NCBI GenBank assembly: GCA_043228905.1
Contig: JBHGNT010000010.1
Coordinates: 310,001 to 374,000 of the forward strand
Direction: 5' to 3'
Source: Azolla caroliniana
Lineage: Eukaryota; Plantae; Polypodiophyta
DNA: 64,000 nt
Shown here one piece after another: positions 55,404 through 64,000 of this stretch. How positions within the stretch are numbered: position 1 is the first letter of the stretch; the number at the start of each line of letters is the position of its first letter. A program made the position numbers and the translations under genes. The notes beneath the pieces are model-generated. The model saw only the letters and a program-made list of their open reading frames with translations. It ran no database searches and was not told where the DNA came from.

Positions 55404-58400
55404 GTCTAACTTGCCAATTTCTTCATGTCTCTCGACCTGAGTTTCAAAGTCTTGATTTCTTAATTCCATATCATAGGTAGTGTTGTTAGCTTCGATTCGC
55501 ATCTTTGAACACAAAAATCTGGTATCACACGAGCCAGGTATGAAAATTTTAATTTACTCACGCGCTCTTCTCAACTCCCTCTTCTAACTTGCTAATTTCT
55601 TCATGTCTCTTGACCTGAGTTTCAAAATCTTGATTTTTTAATTCCATATCTTAGGTAGCGTTGTTAGCTTCGATTCGCATCTTTGAACACAAAAATCCGG
55701 GATCACACGAGCCAGGTATGAACATTTTAAATTACTCACGGGCTCTTCTCAACTCCCTCTTCTAACTTGCCAATTTCTTCATGTCTCTCGACCTGAGTTT
55801 CAAAATCTTGATTGTTTAATTCCATATCATAGGTAGCGTTGTTAGCTTCGATTCGCATGTTTGAACACAGAAATCCGGGATCACACGAGCCAGGTATGAA
55901 CATTTTAATTTATTCACGCGCTCTTCTCAACTCCGTCCTCAAATTTGGTAATTTCTTCATGTCTCTCGACCTGAGTTTCAAAATCTTGATTGTTTAATTC
56001 CATATCATAGGTAGCGTTGTTAGCTTCGATTCGCATGTTTGAACACAGAAATCCGGGATCACACGACCCAGGTATGAACATTTTAATTTATTCACGCGCT
56101 CTTCTCAACTCCCTCCTCAAATTTGGTAATTTCTTCATGTCTCTCGACCTGAGTTTCAAAATCTTGATTTTTTAATTCCATATCTTAGGTAGCGTTGTTA
56201 GCTTCGAATCGCATGTTTGAACACAAAAATCCGAGATCACACGAGCCAGGTATGAACATTTTAAATTAGTCACGGGCTCTTCTCAACTCCCTCCTCAAAT
56301 TTGGTAATTTCTTCATGTCTCTCGACCTGAGTTTCAAAATCTTGATTTTTTAATTCCATATCATAGGTAGCGTTGTTAGCTTCGATTCGCATGTTTGAAC
56401 ACAGAAATCCGGGATCACACGAGCCAGGTATGAACATTTTAATTTATTCACGCGCTCTTCTCAACTCCCTCCTCAAATTTGGTAATTTCTTCACGGGCTC
56501 CTCTCAACTCCTTCTTCTAACTTGCCAATTTCCTCATGTCTCTCGAATCATAGGTAGCGTTGTTAGCTTCGAATCGCATGTTTGAACACAAAAATCCGAT
56601 ATCACATGGGCCAGGTATGAACATTTTAATTTACTCACTGGCTTTTCTCAACTCCCTCCTCAAATTTGGTAATTTCTTCATGTCTCTTGACCTGAGTTTC
56701 AAAATCTTGATTTTTTAAATCCATATCATAGGTAGCGTTGTTAGCTTCGAATCGCATGTTTGAACACAAAAATCCGATATCACATGGGCCAGGTATGAAC
56801 ATTTTAATTTACTCACGGGCTCTTCTCAACTCCCTCTTCTAACTTGCCAATTTCTTCATGTCTCTCGACCTGAGTTTCAAAATCTTGATTGTTTAATTCG
56901 ATATCATAGGTAGCGTTGTTAGCTTCGAATCGCAAGTTTGAACACAAAAATCCGAGATCACACGAGCCAGGTATGAACATTTTAATTTATTCACGCGCTC
57001 TTCTCAACTCCCTCCTCAAATTTGGTAATTTCTTCATGTCTCTCGACCTGAGTTTCAAAATCCTAATTTTTTAATTCCATATCATAGGTAGCGTTGTTAG
57101 CTTCGATCGCATGTTTGAACACAGAAATCCGGGATCACACGAGCGAGGTATGAACATTTTAAATTAGTCACGGGCTCTTCTCAACTCCCTCCTCAAATTT
57201 GGTAATTTCTTCATGTCTCTCGACCTGAGTTTCAAAATCTTGATTTTTTAAATCCATATCATAGGTAGTGTTGTTAGCTTCGAATCGCATGTTTGAACAC
57301 AAAAATCCGATATCACATGGGCCAGGTATGAACATTTTATTTTACTCACGGGCTCTTCTCAACTCCTTCTTCTAACTTGCCAATTTCTTCATGTCTCTCG
57401 ACCTGAGTTTCAAAATCTTGTTTTTTTAATTCTATATCATAGGTAGCGTTGTTAGCTTCGAATCGCATGTTTGAACACAAATATCCATTATCACACGAGC
57501 CAGGTATGAACATTTTAATTTACTCACGGTCTCCTTTCAACTCCCTCCTCAAATTTGGTAATTTCTTCATGGCTCTCGACCTGAGTTTCAAAATCTTGAT
57601 TTTTTAATTCTATATCATAGGTAGCATTGTTAGCTTCGAATCGCATGTTTGAACATAGCAATTCGGGATCACACGAGCAAGGTATGAACATTTTAATTTA
57701 CTCACGCGCTCTTCTCAACTCCTTCTTCTAACTTGCTAATGTCTTCATATCTCTCGACCTGAGTTTCAAAATCTTGATTTTTTAATTCCATATCATAGGT
57801 AGCGTTGTTAGCTTCGATTCGCATGTTTGAACACAAAAATCCGATATCACATGGGCCAGGTATGAACATTTTAATTTACTCACGGGCTCTTCTCAACTCC
57901 CTCCTCAAATTTGGTAATTTCTTCATGTCTCTCGACCTGAGTTTCAAAATCTTGATTTTTTAATTCTCTATCATAGATAGCGTTGTTAGCTTCGAATCGC
58001 ATGTCTGAACACAAAAATCCGGGCTCACACGAGCCAGGTATGAACATTTTAATTTACTCACGGGCTCTTCTCAACTCCCTCTTCTAACTTGCCAATTTCT
58101 TCATGTCTCTCGACCTGAGTTTCAAAATCTTGATTTTTTAATTCCATATCATAGATAGCGTTGTTAGCTTCGAATCGCATGTTTGAACACAAAAATCCGA
58201 TATCACATGGGCCAGGTATGAACATTTCAATTTACTCACAGGCTCTTCTCAACTCCCTCTTCTAACTTGCCAATTTCTTCATGTCTCTCGACCTGAGTTT
58301 CAAAATCTTGATTTTTTAATTCCATATCATAGGTAGTGTTGTTAGCTTCGATTCGCATCTTTGAACACAAAATCCTGGTATCACACGAGCCAGGTATGAA

Positions 58401-61400
58401 AATTTTAATTTACTCACGCGCTCTTCTCCACTCCCTCGTCAAATTTGGTAATTTCTTCATGTCTCTCGACCTGAGTTTCAAAATCTTGATTTTTTAATTC
58501 TATATCATAGCTAGTGTTGTTAGCTTCGATTCGCATCTTTGAACACAAAAATCTGGTATCACACGAGCCAGGTATGAAAATTTTATTTAGTCACGGGCTC
58601 TTCTCAACTCCCTCCTAAAATTTGGTAATTTCTTCATGTCTCTCGCCCTGAGTTTCAAAATCTTGATTTTTTAATTCCATATCTTAGGTAGCATTGTTAG
58701 CTTCGAATCGCAAGTTTGAACACAAAAATCCGAGATCACACGAGCCAGGTATGAACATTTTAATTTACTCACGGGCTCTTCTCAACTCCCTCTTCTAACT
58801 TGCCACTTTCTTCATGTCTCTCGACCTGAGTTTCAAAATCTTGATTTTTTAATTCCATATCATAGATAGCGTTGTTAGCTTCGAATCGCATGTTTGAACA
58901 CAAAAATCCGATATCACATGGGCCAGGTATGAACATTTTAATTTACTCACGGGCTCTTCTCAACTCCCTCTTCTAACTTGCCAATTTCTTCATGTCTCTC
59001 GACCTGAGTTTCAAAATCTTGATTTTTTAATTCCATATCATAGGTAGTGTTGTTAGCTTCGATTCACATCTTTGAACACAAAAATCTGGTATCACACGAG
59101 CCAGGTATGAAAATTTTAATTTACTCACGCGCTCTTCTCAACTCCCTCGTCAAATTTGGTAATTTGTTCATGTCTCTCGACCTGAGTTTCAAAATCTTGA
59201 TTTTTTAATTCTATATCATAGCTAGTGTTGTTAGCTTCGATTCGCATCTCTGAACACAAAAATATGGTATCACACAAGCCAGGTATGAAAATTTTTAATT
59301 AGTCACGGGCTCTTCTCAACTCCCTCCTAAAATTTGGTAATTTCTTCATGTCTCTCGGCCTGAGTTTCAAAATCTTGATTTTTTAATTCCATATCTTAGG
59401 TAGCGTTGTTAGCTTCGAATCGCAAGTTTGAAAACAAAAATCCGAGATCACACGAGCCAGGTATGAACATTTTAATTTACTCACGGGCTCTTCTCAACTC
59501 CCTCTTCTAACTTGCCACTTTCTTCATGTCTCTCGACCTGAGTTTCAAAATCTTGATTTTTTAATTCCATATCATAGGTAGCGTTATTAGCTTCGAATCG
59601 CATGTTTGAACACAGAAATCCGGGATCACACGAGCCAGGTATGAACATTTTAATTTACTCACGGGCTCTTCTCAACTCCCTCTTCTAACTTGCCAATTTC
59701 TTCATGTCTCTCGTCCTGAGTTTCAAAATCTTGATTTTTTAATTCCATATCATAGATAGCGTTGTTAGCGTCGATTCGCATCTTTGAACACAAAAATCTG
59801 GTATCACACGAGCCAGGTATGAAAATTTTAATTTACTCACGCGCTCTTCTCAACTCCCTCTTCTAACTTGCTAATTTCTTCATGTCTCTTGACCTGAGTT
59901 TCAAAATCTTGATTTTTTAATTCCATATCTTAGGTAGCGTTGTTAGCTTCGATTCGCATCTTTGAACACAAAAATCCGGGATCACACGAGCCAGGTATGA
60001 ACATTTTAAATTACTCACGGGCTCTTCTCAACTCCCTCTTCTAACTTGCCAATTTCTTCATGTCTCTCGACCTGAGTTTCAAAATCTTGATTTTTTAATT
60101 CCATATCATAGGTAGCGTTGTTAGCTTCGATTCAAATGTTTGAACACAGAAATCCGGGATCACACGAGCCAGGTATGAACATTTTAATTTATTCACGCGC
60201 TCTTCTCAACTCCCTCCTCAAATTTGGTAATTTCTTCACGGGCTCCTCTCAACTCCTTCTTCTAACTTGCCAATTTCTTCATGTCTCTCGAATCATAGGT
60301 AGCGTTGTTAGCTTCGAATCGCATGTTTGAACACAAAAATCCGATATCACATGGGCCAGGTATGAACATTTTAATTTACTCACTGGCTCTTCTCAACTCC
60401 CTCGTCTAACTTGCCAATTTCTTCATGTCTCTCGACCTGAGTTTCAAAGTCTTGATTTCTTAATTCCATATCATAGGTAGTGTTGTTAGCTTCGATTCGC
60501 ATCTTTGAACACAAAAATCTGGTATCACACGAGCCAGGTATGAAAATTTTAATTTACTCACGCGCTCTTCTCAACTCCCTCTTCTAACTTGCTAATTTCT
60601 TCATGTCTCTTGACCTGAGTTTCAAAATCTTGATTTTTTAATTCCATATCTTAGGTAGCGTTGTTAGCTTCGATTCGCATCTTTGAACACAAAAATCCGG
60701 GATCACACGAGCCAGGTATGAACATTTTAAATTACTCACGGGCTCTTCTCAACTCCCTCTTCTAACTTGCCAATTTCTTCATGTCTCTCGACCTGAGTTT
60801 CAAAATCTTGATTGTTTAATTCCATATCATAGGTAGCGTTGTTAGCTTCGATTCGCATGTTTGAACACAGAAATCCGGGATCACACGAGCCAGGTATGAA
60901 CATTTTAATTTATTCACGCGCTCTTCTCAACTCCGTCCTCAAATTTGGTAATTTCTTCATGTCTCTCGACCTGAGTTTCAAAATCTTGATTGTTTAATTC
61001 CATATCATAGGTAGCGTTGTTAGCTTCGATTCGCATGTTTGAACACAGAAATCCGGGATCACACGACCCAGGTATGAACATTTTAATTTATTCACGCGCT
61101 CTTCTCAACTCCCTCCTCAAATTTGGTAATTTCTTCATGTCTCTCGACCTGAGTTTCAAAATCTTGATTTTTTAATTCCATATCTTAGGTAGCGTTGTTA
61201 GCTTCGAATCGCATGTTTGAACACAAAAATCCGAGATCACACGAGCCAGGTATGAACATTTTAAATTAGTCACGGGCTCTTCTCAACTCCCTCCTCAAAT
61301 TTGGTAATTTCTTCATGTCTCTCGACCTGAGTTTCAAAATCTTGATTTTTTAATTCCATATCATAGGTAGCGTTGTTAGCTTCGATTCGCATGTTTGAAC

Positions 61401-64000
61401 ACAGAAATCCGGGATCACACGAGCCAGGTATGAACATTTTAATTTATTCACGCGCTCTTCTCAACTCCCTCCTCAAATTTGGTAATTTCTTCACGGGCTC
61501 CTCTCAACTCCTTCTTCTAACTTGCCAATTTCCTCATGTCTCTCGAATCATAGGTAGCGTTGTTAGCTTCGAATCGCATGTTTGAACACAAAAATCCGAT
61601 ATCACATGGGCCAGGTATGAACATTTTAATTTACTCACTGGCTTTTCTCAACTCCCTCCTCAAATTTGGTAATTTCTTCATGTCTCTTGACCTGAGTTTC
61701 AAAATCTTGATTTTTTAAATCCATATCATAGGTAGCGTTGTTAGCTTCGAATCGCATGTTTGAACACAAAAATCCGATATCACATGGGCCAGGTATGAAC
61801 ATTTTAATTTACTCACGGGCTCTTCTCAACTCCCTCTTCTAACTTGCCAATTTCTTCATGTCTCTCGACCTGAGTTTCAAAATCTTGATTGTTTAATTCG
61901 ATATCATAGGTAGCGTTGTTAGCTTCGAATCGCAAGTTTGAACACAAAAATCCGAGATCACACGAGCCAGGTATGAACATTTTAATTTATTCACGCGCTC
62001 TTCTCAACTCCCTCCTCAAATTTGGTAATTTCTTCATGTCTCTCGACCTGAGTTTCAAAATCCTAATTTTTTAATTCCATATCATAGGTAGCGTTGTTAG
62101 CTTCGATCGCATGTTTGAACACAGAAATCCGGGATCACACGAGCGAGGTATGAACATTTTAAATTAGTCACGGGCTCTTCTCAACTCCCTCCTCAAATTT
62201 GGTAATTTCTTCATGTCTCTCGACCTGAGTTTCAAAATCTTGATTTTTTAAATCCATATCATAGGTAGTGTTGTTAGCTTCGAATCGCATGTTTGAACAC
62301 AAAAATCCGATATCACATGGGCCAGGTATGAACATTTTATTTTACTCACGGGCTCTTCTCAACTCCTTCTTCTAACTTGCCAATTTCTTCATGTCTCTCG
62401 ACCTGAGTTTCAAAATCTTGTTTTTTTAATTCTATATCATAGGTAGCGTTGTTAGCTTCGAATCGCATGTTTGAACACAAATATCCATTATCACACGAGC
62501 CAGGTATGAACATTTTAATTTACTCACGGTCTCCTTTCAACTCCCTCCTCAAATTTGGTAATTTCTTCATGGCTCTCGACCTGAGTTTCAAAATCTTGAT
62601 TTTTTAATTCTATATCATAGGTAGCATTGTTAGCTTCGAATCGCATGTTTGAACATAGCAATTCGGGATCACACGAGCAAGGTATGAACATTTTAATTTA
62701 CTCACGCGCTCTTCTCAACTCCTTCTTCTAACTTGCTAATGTCTTCATATCTCTCGACCTGAGTTTCAAAATCTTGATTTTTTAATTCCATATCATAGGT
62801 AGCGTTGTTAGCTTCGATTCGCATGTTTGAACACAAAAATCCGATATCACATGGGCCAGGTATGAACATTTTAATTTACTCACGGGCTCTTCTCAACTCC
62901 CTCCTCAAATTTGGTAATTTCTTCATGTCTCTCGACCTGAGTTTCAAAATCTTGATTTTTTAATTCTCTATCATAGATAGCGTTGTTAGCTTCGAATCGC
63001 ATGTCTGAACACAAAAATCCGGGCTCACACGAGCCAGGTATGAACATTTTAATTTACTCACGGGCTCTTCTCAACTCCCTCTTCTAACTTGCCAATTTCT
63101 TCATGTCTCTCGACCTGAGTTTCAAAATCTTGATTTTTTAATTCCATATCATAGATAGCGTTGTTAGCTTCGAATCGCATGTTTGAACACAAAAATCCGA
63201 TATCACATGGGCCAGGTATGAACATTTCAATTTACTCACAGGCTCTTCTCAACTCCCTCTTCTAACTTGCCAATTTCTTCATGTCTCTCGACCTGAGTTT
63301 CAAAATCTTGATTTTTTAATTCCATATCATAGGTAGTGTTGTTAGCTTCGATTCGCATCTTTGAACACAAAATCCTGGTATCACACGAGCCAGGTATGAA
63401 AATTTTAATTTACTCACGCGCTCTTCTCCACTCCCTCGTCAAATTTGGTAATTTCTTCATGTCTCTCGACCTGAGTTTCAAAATCTTGATTTTTTAATTC
63501 TATATCATAGCTAGTGTTGTTAGCTTCGATTCGCATCTTTGAACACAAAAATCTGGTATCACACGAGCCAGGTATGAAAATTTTATTTAGTCACGGGCTC
63601 TTCTCAACTCCCTCCTAAAATTTGGTAATTTCTTCATGTCTCTCGCCCTGAGTTTCAAAATCTTGATTTTTTAATTCCATATCTTAGGTAGCATTGTTAG
63701 CTTCGAATCGCAAGTTTGAACACAAAAATCCGAGATCACACGAGCCAGGTATGAACATTTTAATTTACTCACGGGCTCTTCTCAACTCCCTCTTCTAACT
63801 TGCCACTTTCTTCATGTCTCTCGACCTGAGTTTCAAAATCTTGATTTTTTAATTCCATATCATAGATAGCGTTGTTAGCTTCGAATCGCATGTTTGAACA
63901 CAAAAATCCGATATCACATGGGCCAGGTATGAACATTTTAATTTACTCACGGGCTCTTCTCAACTCCCTCTTCTAACTTGCCAATTTCTTCATGTCTCTC
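55051..64000 (+). repeat. 28-monomer higher-order repeat of exactly 5,000 bp; second copy (from 60051) runs off the window
   Basis: ORFs 55118/60118 and 56373/61373. Private variants atatccatta 57481/62481, gaacatagca 57651/62651, aatcctggta 58371/63371 and ttctcca 58424/63424. Confidence 0.95.

Larger units (their letters stand above)
1..64000 (+). repeat. Tandem satellite array, 178-bp monomer, ~360 copies, single orientation (probable centromeric/pericentromeric satellite)
   Basis: The same 178-nt unit recurs from the first to the last line. Spacings between repeat-derived ORFs are multiples of 178 (356, 712, 1068, 1424, 1958, 3026). The consensus counts 70/178 G+C. The centromeric role is inferred only from length and homogeneity. 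Confidence 0.99.

Noticed and set aside
565-61585. Multi-copy 60-70-aa ORFs (MLASIRIFEH...; MSKLKCSY... on the minus strand) as a small-protein gene family
   Set aside because: They are translations of about one satellite monomer, mostly from TTG/GTG starts. They are open only where the ttttttaa stop is mutated or deleted, or at deletion junctions. No recognisable domain or gene structure is present, and the hydrophobic stretch reflects T-tracts.
1-64000. CRISPR array or repeat-spacer system
   Set aside because: There are no unique spacers; the whole unit is repeated, and no cas genes are present.
1-64000. Identity with Arabidopsis CEN178/CEN180 or primate alpha satellite
   Set aside because: Only the length is similar. 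I recognise none of their motifs, and HindIII aagctt was seen only as a single variant at ~11892. A database search is needed to be certain.
1-64000. 5S rDNA, tRNA/SINE-derived array, telomeric repeats, TE/LTR insertion or strand inversion
   Set aside because: I saw no 5S or tRNA sequence, no TTTAGGG/TTAGGG runs, no non-satellite segment and no reverse-complement monomer.

Overview
The whole 64-kb window is one uninterrupted head-to-tail tandem satellite array of about 360 copies of a 178-bp, ~39% GC monomer. Consensus: atcataggtagcgttgttagcttcga(t/a)tcgcatgtttgaacaca(a/g)aaatccgggatcacacgagccaggtatgaacattttaatttactcacg(g/c)gctcttctcaactccctc[ctcaaatttggt|ttctaacttgcc]aatttcttcatgtctctcgacctgagtttcaaaatcttgattttttaattccat. 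All copies read lie in the same orientation. I found no genes, RNA genes, transposons, CRISPR or unique sequence; every ORF in the track is a by-product of the repeat. Monomer length, homogeneity and CpG-transition variants fit a eukaryotic, probably plant, centromeric or pericentromeric satellite, but I cannot assign the family or species, and it does not match Arabidopsis CEN178 as I recall it. The interest lies in the array's architecture: (i) nested local higher-order repeats (4-, 5-, 6-, 8-, 11-, 13-, 17- and 28-mers, the last exactly 5,000 bp); (ii) two deep monomer subtypes defined by a linked 4-substitution box; (iii) aberrant-length monomers (72, 109, 110, 144, 147, 154, 187 and 219 bp), most with microhomology at the junction and several re-amplified; (iv) traces of an ancient ~89-bp half-unit inside the monomer; (v) a proximal-to-distal gradient of variants, with haplotype blocks shared ~50 kb apart. 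All comparisons were made by eye, so block boundaries are approximate.
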